Of a stretch of 64,000 nt of DNA, positions 39,977 to 51,700 are shown piece after piece. The position numbers were made by a program, and so were the translations under genes. The DNA is from an uncultured Nitrospiraceae bacterium (GTDB lineage: Bacteria > Nitrospirota > Nitrospiria > Nitrospirales > Nitrospiraceae), in contig CAVPLT010000004.1 in assembly GCA_963706325.1 (NCBI GenBank), positions 544,001 to 608,000 on the forward strand, given 5' to 3'. Every line of letters begins with the position of its first letter. Position 1 is the first letter of the stretch. The notes beneath the pieces are model-generated. The model did no database searches and was not told the DNA's origin. It saw only the letters and a list, made by a program, of their open reading frames with translations.

Positions 39977-41869
39977 TTATGGTGAGGAAGAAGGGGAGGC
40001 GAACCCGGGCACGCGTCGATTGAGGACTTCAGCCAGTCGTTGTGGAAGATCGGCGGATTCCAGTTCTTCAAGGGATTTGGGAAGAGATAGGGACCAGTTG
40101 GGATATTTTCCCGTGGAGGAGGGCATGTTGGGCCGTTCATTCACCGCGAGGGCGGATTCCAGGTCCGCCATCACGACCTGGGAGGGGGATTGAGCGAGTT
40201 GTTCAAATGTTCTAGTGATGGCGATTGTCACATCAGCGTCGGCATCCACGCCACTTGCTTCAACTAATTTCTGCTGGAAACGATTTTGTGCGGCCGGATC
40301 TGCCCGCCCACTGAGTTCCTCCTGCGCCTCAAGATCGGCCCCTGTCCAGACGCCGGCTATGGTGGGAAGGTCATGAGTGGTGACGGCGGCGAGGGCCTTC
40401 TGCGGGTATTCCGCGGGCGGTTCTTCTTCGAACCAGAGGAGGCGGTAGGACAGCACATTGTATTGATCCATCATCTCGCGAACGCCTGGCTCAACCGTGC
40501 CGAGGTCTTCTCCCACCACAAGAGCCTTGGCGCGTTGGCTTTCGATGGCGATAATCGCCAATAATTCTTCGGCCGCATATCGCACATAGGCGCCATCTTT
40601 CGGTTGACCGCCTTGGGGTATCCACCAAAGCCGGAATAACCCCATGACGTGGTCGATCCGAAGCCCCCCGGCATGGCGAACTATGGCTCGGATTGTTTGG
40701 ATGAAGGGATCGTAGCCAGCGGCTCGGAGTTTGTGTGGAATAAAGGGTGGGAGTCCCCAATTTTGGCCGGTGACGTTATACAGGTCCGGCGGCGCGCCCA
40801 CTGTCACTCCCGAAGCGATCAAGTCTTGCCATAACCATGCATCGGCGCCGTCCGGTGAAAACCCAATCGGCAAGTCCTGCATCAATGGCACGGGCTGGGA
40901 GGCACGTTTCAACTGCGTATTGAGGAGCCATTGAAGCCACATGTGAAATCGCACGCGATCTGACTCCGTTGCAGCAAAATGTTCCACCTGCGGAGAATCA
41001 GCACGACGGTACTCAGCAGGCCATTCGCGCCAATTAGAGCCGTGCCGTTCTGCCAAGCAGCAGAACACCGCATAGCGATGCAGGGACTGGCCTTCATGTA
41101 CGCAATAGGCCTCGAAATCGGCGTCGCCCTCGAAATAGGACCATACCAGCTGTAATGCCTCCTGTTTCAGATTGAACACGCGGTCTCGATCGATATGGCG
41201 TTCTCCATTGAGCGCCTGGCCCAAAGTCGTGAGCCTTCCGAGGTCGTGATCGGCACGCATTGCGCCGGGCAGGTCTTCAATTCGTAAGTACAACGGGTTC
41301 AAGAAACGACGACTCGATGGGGAATAGGGACTGGCTTCCTGCGGCACAAGTGGATGGACCGCATGGAGCGGGTTGATCAACAGGAGCCCCGCCCCCAGAC
41401 CTTGTGCCCATTCTGCTAACCGGCGCAGATCTGCCAAATCACCCATGCCCCAACTAGTGCGGCTTCTCGTCGCATACAGTTGTGCGCTCCATCCCCAAAT
41501 GCGAAGGTCTTCCGGCAGATGGCACCGCCCAGGACTGACGATGAGGCGGATGGAGGAGCCCCTTCGCCGGGTCGGTGTCAGGCGGTGGTAGCCGATCGGT
41601 AGGTCGTTCGGCACTTGATCGGAGAGGGAGTGCACCGTGCCGTCCTCACGCACCAAGGTCGCGGGAGCGGGCAATGGGAGCGATTCACCATGGCGGATGA
41701 CTTTGACAGCGTCCTCGAACCAGGAACGAGGAGGGGGGGGAGGTTGTCCCATGGTCGTCCGAATGCCAAGAATCGACCCTTCGGAAACCTCCTGCATCGT
41801 TCCCGCGGCGTCCTCGTATCGTGCCTGAATGCCCCAGGCGTCACTTTTTTTTGTGGCATCTTTTTCCAT
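39977..41869 (-). CDS. malQ: 4-alpha-glucanotransferase (GH77)
   Basis: SPYSPSSR, GAPPD..GQNWG, LRIDHVMGL, GEDLG, TTHDLPT. Confidence 0.95.
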   Translation of the reverse strand: MEKDATKKSDAWGIQARYEDAAGTMQEVSEGSILGIRTTMGQPPPPPRSWFEDAVKVIRHGESLPLPAPATLVREDGTVHSLSDQVPNDLPIGYHRLTPTRRRGSSIRLIVSPGRCHLPEDLRIWGWSAQLYATRSRTSWGMGDLADLRRLAEWAQGLGAGLLLINPLHAVHPLVPQEASPYSPSSRRFLNPLYLRIEDLPGAMRADHDLGRLTTLGQALNGERHIDRDRVFNLKQEALQLVWSYFEGDADFEAYCVHEGQSLHRYAVFCCLAERHGSNWREWPAEYRRADSPQVEHFAATESDRVRFHMWLQWLLNTQLKRASQPVPLMQDLPIGFSPDGADAWLWQDLIASGVTVGAPPDLYNVTGQNWGLPPFIPHKLRAAGYDPFIQTIRAIVRHAGGLRIDHVMGLFRLWWIPQGGQPKDGAYVRYAAEELLAIIAIESQRAKALVVGEDLGTVEPGVREMMDQYNVLSYRLLWFEEEPPAEYPQKALAAVTTHDLPTIAGVWTGADLEAQEELSGRADPAAQNRFQQKLVEASGVDADADVTIAITRTFEQLAQSPSQVVMADLESALAVNERPNMPSSTGKYPNWSLSLPKSLEELESADLPQRLAEVLNRRVPGFASPSSSP

Positions 41870-42338
41870 CGTTACAATATCCCTCCGCACTTCCGAGGCC
41901 GGAGAAATTATGGTTGCGACCAAAAAGTCAGCTTGCGCAGAGGCTGCGTAAGAGAATTTGTGGTGATCGGGTTGCTCCCTTGGCAGTATGCAATGATCGG
42001 GCTTGCCGATTAAAAATTCGGTGCGGTTTTTTCCCAGTGAAATGAAGTCATATACTCGTACAAACGCTCGCCGGATGCCATCGACCGCTACCTTTCGTCT
42101 TCCAGGGGACAACCTGTCCCAGAGTTTGGGTTGCCGATTCCGGAGCTGGAATTTCGCAGTCGGGCACTGAGTCGACTGACGGGCTACGTACCCGATGCAA
42201 GGACCGATGAAAGCTCGCGCCGTCGTGGTCGCCTTCGACCTGGCCCAACTGCCTTTTCGCTGGACGGTGCCGCGGACCTCGAGAGGCCTGATAAAGATTG
42301 TTCCTCCGGTGGCCTCGTTCAGATACCTATAGAATAGG

Positions 42339-42899
42339 TCACGCACGTACTTCGGTGTCCGCTCCATGAAGCGCAAGGAGGTCCTGTATCCGTCTCGTCT
42401 CCCCATCGCTTTTTACGGTCATTAATATTTTTCCGGCGCGTACTGCGGCCTCATACTGGCGAGCGGCCGATTCTGAAACATTGATGCTGACCAACGCGCC
42501 GACGAGTCCGCCGGCCACAACTCCGACTCCGCTGCCTGCCACGATCGATGCGCCTGTCGCGCCTAACAGCGACACCAGCGCCCCACCTGCCAACAAAGGG
42601 GCTAAACCTGGAATGGCGACGACACCGGTCGCAGTAAGGAGGCCCGCAAGTCCGCCAATGATGCCTCCGCCGACTGCGCCCTGCGCAGCGTCCTGCGCGG
42701 TCGGAGAGACCGCGTCCTTCCCCTCCAACGACAGGTCACTGCCGACTTGCTGCATCGCCAAACCGATTTGATCGTCGGATATGCCGTGCGCTCGCAAGGT
42801 TTCTAGGGTCTGCCTGACGGCGTCCACGTTGGGAAGTAATCCCATCACGATATGGCCGGCAGTGCCAGGGAATGGATGCACGGACGTTGTGTTCTGCAT
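42339..42899 (-). CDS. General stress protein-like glycine-zipper membrane protein
   Basis: GAVGGGIIGGLAGLL..IPGLAPLLAGG, YE..VRAGKIL. Confidence 0.8.
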   Translation of the reverse strand: MQNTTSVHPFPGTAGHIVMGLLPNVDAVRQTLETLRAHGISDDQIGLAMQQVGSDLSLEGKDAVSPTAQDAAQGAVGGGIIGGLAGLLTATGVVAIPGLAPLLAGGALVSLLGATGASIVAGSGVGVVAGGLVGALVSINVSESAARQYEAAVRAGKILMTVKSDGETRRIQDLLALHGADTEVRA

Positions 42900-42983
42900 A
42901 TCACCTCACTTTCCCAATAACATAGGAGCTTCCGCATAAATGAGAGATGACCCATGCCGGCGATCATGAGCGAGGACCACCAG

Positions 42984-43547
42984 CTACTTAGCATCCATCG
43001 GAAAATACCGGTGCGGAAGTTGAAAAAACGAATCGGCTATCGGCCCCATTCTGACGTGACGAGATTCCACCATCCAGTCGCCATTTTGGGAGGCAAGTTT
43101 AAGAGAGAAGTCAATATCAGTGGCAATCCATTGGTAATACGTTTCGGTACGTCCGTCCTGCAGAGTGACCCCGACTTAATACAAGGTAGTCGGATGGCCG
43201 TCTAAGATCTGCGTTCCAATCGCTTCCCGCGATGTCTCCTGGTCGAGGCGCGTGTTTGAATGAAGAACATAGTCGCCGTTGAACGCCACAATTTTGACAT
43301 GATGCGTCGAGGGGAGGAGATGCCATACTTGACCTCGGTCTTGCCTGACAATGGTGACGCTGACCGGTCCGGCCTCGTTATGCTCCAGCCGCCACATGTG
43401 ATCACGATAAAAAATGCGAGTGTGATGCAGGCCTTGCTGTGTACGTGTCCAGCGATCGGCGGTAAATTCAAGGGCTTCGCTGGGACCTGAAAGCCAAGAG
43501 GATAGGGATGTCGCGAGGGCAATCATCGCTAGCTTTCTCATCAACAC
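42984..43547 (-). pseudogene. Secreted DUF4412/LolA-like protein with in-frame TAA at 43176-43178
   Basis: ALEFTAD..GHPTTLY*VGV..YYQWIATDI..FFQLPHRYFPMDAK continues in the same frame to 42984. Confidence 0.7.
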
Positions 43548-43620
43548 CTGCTCCTATGGCTGCGCTTGGAAAGGAACCGGCAGCCGGCGATCAGAATTAC
43601 TCGTATTCCGAGCAAGCTTA

Positions 43621-43636
43621 GGCAACTCCTGTGCCG
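43621..43636 (-). promoter_or_regulatory. Probable sigma-54 promoter
   Basis: CGGCACAGGAGTTGCC matches GGCAC-N5-TTGC, upstream of the 43547 ORF. Confidence 0.5.
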
Positions 43637-43898
43637 TTGAGTTTTGAGCGCAAGCATTCGTTTGCAGGCCGATTTGCGCCGTGAAATCGAAACATTCCAC
43701 GGATTCATGCGTGCAACATTTCCTCGCTAAGACATTTTGTCCTGGCGCCCATCTCTCTTCTCCACAGAGGAAGCTCCGGCTGCGGTGTAGTACCGTCCAT
43801 GCGCTAGGGACCATCCTAGTGGTCAGCAGAGCAAAAGGTTTATATGGTCGGACCAGAAGGCGTGTTCGGCTGCAGCTGAATGAACCGGAGGGTGGACT

Positions 43899-44147
43899 GT
43901 GAATGCACTAGCGACTCAAACCCCGACATTCATTCCAGTATGTTGCGTGTGTGGTCTTGCTAGAGAGGAGGGGGCTTCGGCTGGCTGCACGGAGGAATCA
44001 TGGACTGATTTCGACGCGTATCTGAACCGGCATGGTCTTCGCGGGACGGATTATAAATTGACGCACGCATATTGTCCCCTATGTGTGCAGCAATACGTGG
44101 TTGCAAAGAAGACGGTTGTCGAGCCAGATAGACCCGCTTATGAATGA
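43899..44147 (+). CDS. Small Cys/His-rich putative Zn-binding protein
   Basis: PVCCVC...THAYCPLC; GGAGG RBS. Confidence 0.75.
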   Translation: MNALATQTPTFIPVCCVCGLAREEGASAGCTEESWTDFDAYLNRHGLRGTDYKLTHAYCPLCVQQYVVAKKTVVEPDRPAYE

Positions 44148-44463
44148 GCAGACATCACCACAGCTATTCTCAAGGCTATTCGCCGAGTCAAACAGTACGA
44201 CCTAGGCGCGCTCGCGTCGGCCTATCCACCATTCACGTGGACCCAAATGTTCCTCGAACGATCGCTTGAGCCAGACGGGGAACTTCATCTGACATTGTCG
44301 GAACGAGGTCATTATGCGGTGAGTTTGCCATACCAAATTCTGGATGCAGGGTGGACAGAAGGACCGAAAGCCGCCCACGGTGGGTAGCTGTCGCCTGCCT
44401 CCGCTGTGACTCAAGTACAACGGCCTGCCGCTGGCCGGTAAGACATGGGGTGGCCGGGATAGT

Positions 44464-45426
44464 TCAGATGGAATGACGCAGCTGATCCACCAGCGCCTGC
44501 ACAGTCAGTGGGGCGTTCCCTTCGGCCCGATTGTTCACCAACACATAGGCCCGAACGTTCTTCCGGACGGCCTCTTTCACCAGGCTCACGGTCTGCTCTC
44601 GCATCTCGGGCAACTCGCCCACGATCTTGTCATACGGCGCCGCTCGCTTTTTAGCCGCTTCGTAGGTCATCTTCAGCGGCGTCAGCAGGCGCAGCACGGT
44701 GAAGGGCGCAGTAAACGTCTCCATCAGCCGATGCTGCTCTGCTAGCTCCGGCATCGAGGACCAATGGTTATAGACATGCGCGATCCCATGTCGTTGCAGC
44801 ATTTCGCGATAGGCAGGGACTAATACGCCGGGGTTGCGGATCTCGACCGCATAGGGGAAGTCATTGGGCAACTGAGTAAAGAACTCGTCCAGCTTATCCA
44901 CAAACTCCCGCGTCAGCATACCGTGTCGCTGGAATTCGAATAAAAAGGGCCCGGTGTGCGCCTGAAAATTGGCGTCCCGATAGGGTTGCAGCACATGCTG
45001 GATGAAGGCCTTGGCATTGAGAAAGTTTGGATTCTCTTGGCCGGCTCGAATGCCATAACGGGACTGGTTGGCATATGTCGGGATGGTGAGCTCTTCCCAG
45101 ACCTTAAAACACATCTCAAAATCTTCGGGGATTTGGGAGAGGTAGCGCGTGAGCTGAGTCGCGGTAGGCGGTCGATAGAACGTTGCGTCATTCCCCACCG
45201 TGCGAAAGAGCGGCTGGCCGTTATAGAGATGCTGGCAGAACTCACCAAGACATTCTCGCGCAAAGCTCGTCTTGGCGTAGGCCCGCTTGTAAACTTGTCC
45301 TTGCCAGCCTTCATAGGTCCAGGTAGAGGTGCCAAAGCGGATAAGGGGGGAGGGCGACGAGGCTGTTATTTGAGTGGAGCAGTCGGAGAATGTTAGTGGT
45401 AAGCGTGGTTCGACCGTATCCATCAA
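44464..45426 (-). CDS. DUF72 family protein
   Basis: RFGTSTWTYEGW, DATFYRPP, AVEIRN, VNNRAEGNAP. Confidence 0.92.
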   Translation of the reverse strand: MMDTVEPRLPLTFSDCSTQITASSPSPLIRFGTSTWTYEGWQGQVYKRAYAKTSFARECLGEFCQHLYNGQPLFRTVGNDATFYRPPTATQLTRYLSQIPEDFEMCFKVWEELTIPTYANQSRYGIRAGQENPNFLNAKAFIQHVLQPYRDANFQAHTGPFLFEFQRHGMLTREFVDKLDEFFTQLPNDFPYAVEIRNPGVLVPAYREMLQRHGIAHVYNHWSSMPELAEQHRLMETFTAPFTVLRLLTPLKMTYEAAKKRAAPYDKIVGELPEMREQTVSLVKEAVRKNVRAYVLVNNRAEGNAPLTVQALVDQLRHSI

Positions 45427-45432
45427 GCAGAC

Positions 45433-45777
45433 CTATCTCATGGGTTCGTCAGTGCCGAGGGCTGCATGATCAATCCGGAACGCTTTCGCCTCTGTAATCT
45501 GTTTTGCGATTCTCCTCGTTTCCAACAACTCTTTCAGCTTCTCAGAGGTCGGGTGTCGGTCGGCCAACACCGCAGAGCTAATATAGACCGTATGTTCTTT
45601 TTTTCCGTCGCGAAAAATCTCAATCCCGTGATCATCGCGAGGGTATTCAAAGGCCATCGGAGTCTGTGTATACTCGGGCTCTGGAAACGCAAGGGAAAAG
45701 AACCGCGCGAGAATCTCGCTTCTCTCAACCGATTTATAATTTGTGGCCGGCTCGTTGGACGTCGATTGATCATTCAT
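45433..45777 (-). CDS. Hypothetical protein
   Basis: GGAGGT RBS; directly upstream of DUF72 in the same orientation. Confidence 0.6.
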   Translation of the reverse strand: MNDQSTSNEPATNYKSVERSEILARFFSLAFPEPEYTQTPMAFEYPRDDHGIEIFRDGKKEHTVYISSAVLADRHPTSEKLKELLETRRIAKQITEAKAFRIDHAALGTDEPMR

Positions 45778-46256
45778 TTCGGCACCTCCATCGGTCCAAA
45801 CCATTCACTCGGTGGCCCAGATCATTAGGCCGGCTCACCGCGGCGGACCAGTTTCGGCCTTTGCAATGTTGTCTCTGAATTCCATCCATCCCTACTTGCT
45901 CAGGGTCACAGTTTTCACCGATGCCCTCTCGCCAAATGTGACCGCTACTCCGTCCGGGCCGATAGCGGCATATTGGATGTACCGCCTGTTGATGATCCAG
46001 TTCCCCATCTTCATTAATGCCATTCGTAACTCCTTTCTGTGATGCTCATAAAGGGGCGGAATCCTATCCTAGTCCGCTAGGGCTGACAAGATAGCCTTTA
46101 CCCTACGTAGCCTCACTGCTGAGGAGCGTTGTTAATGGCTTGAGAATGGGGCAGCCTGAAAAAGCGGATCACATCAAGGTTGACGCATGTTCCTTGAGGT
46201 TGCATTTCCCTATGTCATCTACAAGCTTTTCTGCAAGGTTACTCATCCTAGTCCGG

Positions 46257-46277
46257 AACCTTCTGATCCGTAGTCAG
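46257..46277 (-). repeat. 21-bp fragment of the tRNA-Arg anticodon arm (att-like)
   Basis: AACCTTCTGATCCGTAGTCAG is identical to 52424-52444. Confidence 0.8.
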
Positions 46278-46439
46278 CGACAGGTCAGGATCGAAGGAAC
46301 ACTCGCAGCCAGGGGTCAGGACCCTGTCGGAGTTCTGCGACAGACTGAACCGCCTCCCGGAGCCAACCCGGAAGTGGCCCCGAGGGCTTCGCAGGACTCG
46401 CTAGCGTTGGCTAGGGATGCCCTCCAAACAGGGAGGGAG

Positions 46440-47069
46440 CTAATACAAAATAGACGGCGGGAGTGGCTGCCCAGAGGAGCCCTCGTCACGACTTTTACAA
46501 CCCGCATCAATCTTTCTCCATCCGAGCAGATCTGCTTGTAGAATGGACTGGTGGCAGTCGAAAAGCCTCACCATCTCACTGTAATCTGGGGCGGCGGGGT
46601 AGGTGCATAAGGACAAGATATTTGCGTTTGTACACACTCTACTTATCATGCGCTCATAGGCAATACATTGCGCCCACTGCTCGGTGGACTTTACCCACGA
46701 CAGATCGCCCGTCACGCGTATTCCGAGAAAGCGTGCGGCCCATTGATCCAGTTTGCGACTGCAGGCTGCAAAGGGTTGCTCGGTGTGAAGTGAGGTGCGA
46801 AGGTGATACCAGTCCCCGCTTGGGATGAGCTCTAGTTGGCCCGCCCGCAGGTGGTCGTGAATATGCGGGATCATTCGTTGCAGGGCCGTGGTCGCCATAA
46901 GTGGGGTGAGCGACGGCGGAAGGATCCATAGACACCCTTCGTGATCGTCCAGCCCAGTTTGGATATAGGAGCTCACGAGGTGTTGCAGCTCCGTGGCGGA
47001 TCGATAAAAGGCGCAGAGATGGCTTCCCCAAGACAGAGTCGGAGATTCCGTGCATCCTAGACGGGGCAT
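46440..47069 (-). CDS. MEDS domain protein
   Basis: WGSHLCAFY, GL...EGCLWI, GQLELI, IRVTGD.SW, YE, LCTY. Confidence 0.8.
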   Translation of the reverse strand: MPRLGCTESPTLSWGSHLCAFYRSATELQHLVSSYIQTGLDDHEGCLWILPPSLTPLMATTALQRMIPHIHDHLRAGQLELIPSGDWYHLRTSLHTEQPFAACSRKLDQWAARFLGIRVTGDLSWVKSTEQWAQCIAYERMISRVCTNANILSLCTYPAAPDYSEMVRLFDCHQSILQADLLGWRKIDAGCKSRDEGSSGQPLPPSILY

Positions 47070-47994
47070 ACTGTCGTCGGAAGGTAGGGCGTTGGGAAGA
47101 TGAACAAGTGGGTGTGCTCTGGAACCGTAGGGCACAACGACCCACCACCGCTGCTACAGGATCCAAGGAGAGCAAAGTGGCTCCGTGCCACGAGGAAGTT
47201 GCATAAATCCAGCAGGCGACTCGGAATGTTCCTGCTTTCTGCTAGTGAAGAGGAAGCACAAACTTTGCATAACCGGATTGATCGATGGGTGTATAAGCTA
47301 TTTTTGTAAAGGAGATCCATTACTGGGGAGCGTGTGCATCCTAGGAGAAGCAGAATTTGGATGACGAGCGATGGCCCATGGGCACCGTCGCCCCAACTTG
47401 AATTCGTCTTCTGTCCGCTACATGGCGGCCAGGTATCCGACGTCATTAATACTTTCATTCGCTCAAGGAATATGGCACGCGTTTCTCAGGCTGAACCCTC
47501 TTTCTGGTAAACAATCTCAGGACCATAGGTGGGCTCCTGGAGTGGGAGCTTGATGGATTTCCGGACGGTTTGAGCAGAGAGGGGGTGAATCGTAACGAGT
47601 AAGAGAGACAAAACACCACTTGACGATAACCACTCCAAATACGAGTCCGAAGGTGACGAACAGCATTTCTTGAATTCTTCATCTACCATGTCGCGAATCG
47701 ATGACCGCCATATCACCTCGTATTTGAGACTCCGGAAGACGGCTGATGCAAGAAGCGACCCGTCGTGACACCCGCCATGTCACTCCAATGACAAAACCAT
47801 TGAATTGTTAAAGGACTTTCTTCCGTCTCCCTGCTGGACTCCGCTAGAGCCGAAGAGAAACGTGCGTCGCATGTAGAATCTAAAAAGATACACAGTAGTA
47901 TCTTATAAGATACTATCTTTCTGGTCTACAAGGTCCGCCATATGGGCTATCGGTGAGAAACGGTTTCGGCAGAGTCTTCGCGCTCTCGCCTGAT

Positions 47995-48110
47995 CACGAA
48001 GGCTTTGGCCTCGGGCGGGCGATTGCCCGGAAACTGGTCGAACTTCAGGGGGGCACCATCTGGCTTGAAAGCGAGCCCCGCCGCGGGACTCGCTTTTTTG
48101 CGTTACTCTT
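47995..48110 (+). pseudogene. Histidine kinase HATPase_c C-terminal remnant
   Basis: GFGLGRAIARKLVELQGGTIWLESEPRRGTRF only. Confidence 0.7.
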
Positions 48111-48745
48111 CAGACGCGGTGCGCGGGCCCGCGCTCTGCATTGAGGGTCATCTGCTGTTGATAAAACCGCACGTCTGGTTCCAGCGCTCCTCCAAGCCAG
48201 TATCACACGTCCCGGCTCCCTCCAGAGACCAATTGAATACTCGGGCCGAGTGAATTGATAGCTACTGCGGCTACCTGATCCGTGAAGTTACTGAGCTCCA
48301 CCTGGCTGAGAGCCGGCACCTCCCTTCTCACCATTCGAATGACTCGACTGGCTTCCAGATCCACTCTAGACATGCGCTTCCTCAAGACTGGTTTTCGCTG
48401 GAGGCGCTGTCTCTCATTTCATGTGCTTTCTTGTTCTCTTGGGTCGATGGGGCCTTTCGACCTCATTTTATGCGGTCTTCAGACATCTGTTCTTGGATCA
48501 TGAGTGCCTCCCCTGCGAGTTGCGCTCGTTGCCGCAGTCTGGGAGTGCGCCACACTGGTCAAGAGCAGCACACCTGAACTGGCTGCGATTGCGAGTTAGC
48601 TAAGTAGCCCACGGCTAGCAAGAACCGATGAACTCCTTCCTTAGCGTCAGTGTCAGACTTGCGCTCAGCTGGAGGAATCAGCATGATGTCATTCCATGTA
48701 AGTTGACGGTTCAGCAGCGGGCGAGGCCGAGGTGAAGGGGGCGTG

Positions 48746-51700
48746 ATGGATGAGTTCAGAATCTTTTTGGCTCGAGGCGGCCGACAGTTCAGCTCGGCAC
48801 CGCTGTCGGTTTTATGTTTGTTGTTTCTGACTATTCCGGTTACAGGTTTTACCCAAGCGACATCGCCCATCACGTCGTCGGGCCTGAGTACGACCGTCAC
48901 GAAAAGTGGCAATGCATATGATATTACCGGCGGCACGCGCCCCGGCAGCGGACCGAATCTGTTTCATAGTTTCGGCGAATTCGGCGTGCCGGCGAATCAC
49001 ACCGCCAATTTTTTGAACGAGTCTGGCCTCGCGACCTCCAACATTCTGGGACGTGTGACCGGCGGAAATCCCTCGAACATCTTCGGCACCGTGCAAACCA
49101 CCGGCTTCGGCAGCGCTAATCTCTTCTTGATGAATCCTGCCGGAATTGTGTTCGGGCCGAATGCCTCCTTGAACGTTGGGGGGTCCGTGAGCTTCACGAC
49201 CGCCGATTATCTGCGCTTGGCGGACGGCGCGAGGTTCAATGCGCTGCCTGGAGTGCAGGATGCAGCCATCTCAAGCGCACCGGTGGCCGCGTTTGGATTT
49301 CTGGGATCGAACCCTGGCGCTATTACAGTTCAAGGAAGCCAACTCTCGGTGACCTATGGGCAAAGCATCGCATTGGTCGGCGGAGACATTACCGTTCAAA
49401 GTGGCACACTTGGTAATGGAGTCACTCAGTCAGCCAGAGTCTCAGCACCGAGCGGGCACATTCAAATGGCGAGCACCGCGTCACCCGGTGAACTCCTCAC
49501 TGGAACATTGAATGTGAGTCCCAATGTGAATGGACAGTCCTTTGGAACATTAGGGACCATCGACATCTCGCAGCAGTCACGACTTGACGTGAGCGGAGAC
49601 CATGGCGGCACGATTTCCATTCGTGGCGGGCAGTTTGTCCTGAATGACGCCGTGCTTGCAGCCAATGCTACAGGGACAGATTTTCACGGGGGCAACGGGT
49701 CTTCTAGCCCTGCGGAGATCACGCTGACCGCAGACGCAGTCACGCTGAACAACGGTAGTTATATTACAACTGATACCTATGGCCCCGCTCCGGCCGGCCA
49801 TATCACGTTTAATGTGAATGCACTGACGACCGACGGAGCGGGTCCCATTAGACTGCACGCCTCGCCTGAAAGTTTCATCAGTAATCCCATCATTTCTGAA
49901 ACCGGCGTTCTGATTGAAACGACCAGTCGGAGCACCAATGCGGGAGCCGGAGCAGGCGGCCAGATCATCATTCAAGGCATCAAGGGAGAGGGCAGCGTGG
50001 CACAGCACGTCAACCTCACTGATACGATTCTTCACGCCCGGACCTTTGGCGGTACCGCCGAGACTCGTCCGTCCTCGCTTTCGATTACCACGGATACCGT
50101 GGCTTTGAGTGATCAGGTGATTCTCTATACCACCAGCAATGGTGCCACGCCGGCGGGCAACGTCGACCTGCATGTGAATACGCTTCGGTCAAACATGAAC
50201 GCCGACGGAACATTCATCGACGGCCGGCCCGTCTTGATAGGGGGCCCGACGGAACTCGAAGACACCTCGGCTGGGCCTCCCGGCATTGTCACCATCTCGG
50301 GGCCGGGCTCAGGAACGACAGACCCGGCGCGCTTGATCATGCTTGGTAACACCGAGATCGATACCTTTGCCTCAGGCGGATCCTCCTCCAAGCCTGCCCC
50401 CATCATCATGACGGGTGACACCGTGTCCCTGAACAACCTGACCATTCTGGTGACGACGTCCGGAGCGACCGCTCCAGCACCCGCCGGAGATATCGTCATC
50501 AATGCCAACACCCTGCGCATCAATGTGCATCCCGATGAGTCCCCGATTGCCAACGCCAACAGGGTGTATCTCAATAGTCCTAGCGGTCGGCTAGACGAGA
50601 CCGCAGGGCCACCCGGAACGGTCACGATTTCTGGCATCGGCCCAGAACTCACGGATGCGGCGCACCTCGTGTCCCTCTACAACGCGCAGATGAGCACTGC
50701 CGTGGAGGGCGGAACTCAAGCGCTCTCTCCGGGTACCATTACGATCACCGCCGATACCATGGTCATGAGTGGGAGAACCTCGATCTTTGCCTTCAGCACC
50801 AGCCCGGCCCCGGCTGGAAATATCGCCCTGAACGTGAATACATTGCGCTCAAACGTCAACCCCGATGGCACTCCCCTGAACGATGGCCAACCGCCATCAC
50901 TGATCGCGAGCGTCGGCGCCGGGACGGAGAGTGGCTCGGGCCGTGGGGGGACGGTGACTATATCGGGAGTGACGTCTGGCTCTACGGATCCGGCCAAGCT
51001 GATTGCGCTCAACAATACGGAAGTGAGCACGGCGGTCTTCGGGGGGACCGCAGGCACTCGACCGGCCAGCATCACGATGACGGCTGACACGATCAATGTC
51101 ACGAACAGTCCTAAAATTAATACAGATTCCGCAGGAGGCGCCCCGGCCGGACAGATTGCATTAACGGCAAAAAATCTGACCATCGATCACGGAACAGTCA
51201 GCACTAGCAGTTCGGGCAGGGGGTCAGGAGGACCGATTGCGATCACAGGAATCGAGGGGGTGTTCGTCAAGAATGGTTCCACCATAACCGCGAGTAGTAG
51301 CGGACAGGGAAATGCCGGGAACATCACGATTCACGCGGGTACCCAATTTCTCAGCCACAATTCAGCAATCACAACTGAGGCGGCTCAGGCGAGCGGGGGG
51401 AGCATCTTTATTCGGGCCACTGATTCAATCCGGCTGATTAACAGTCAACTCAATACGTCGGTGCAAGGCGGCCCGAATACCTCAGGTGGCAATATCACTC
51501 TCGATCCTGCCGTCGTGACGCTACAAAATAGTCAAGTCCGGGCCGATGCGGTGCAGGGGAATGGGGGAAACATCAATATCATTGCTGGAACGTTTCTCTT
51601 CGATCCGACTAGCGTCGTCAGTGCATCATCCCAATTCGGCTTGAGCGGTTCGGTTAATATTCAGTCGCCTCTGTCCAACCTGAGTAGCACAATGGCCACA

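Noticed and set aside
39977..42406. 809-aa malQ with a long N-terminal extension
   Set aside because: The extension overlaps another gene and has no recognisable motifs; the ATG at 41869 with GGAGG upstream is more plausible
43176..43178. Stop-codon recoding (Sec/Pyl) in the DUF4412-like gene
   Set aside because: The codon is TAA; a nonsense mutation or base-call error is simpler
47100..48700. Short ORFs in the gene-poor island interior
   Set aside because: No recognisable motifs apart from the HATPase fragment; probably decayed DNA
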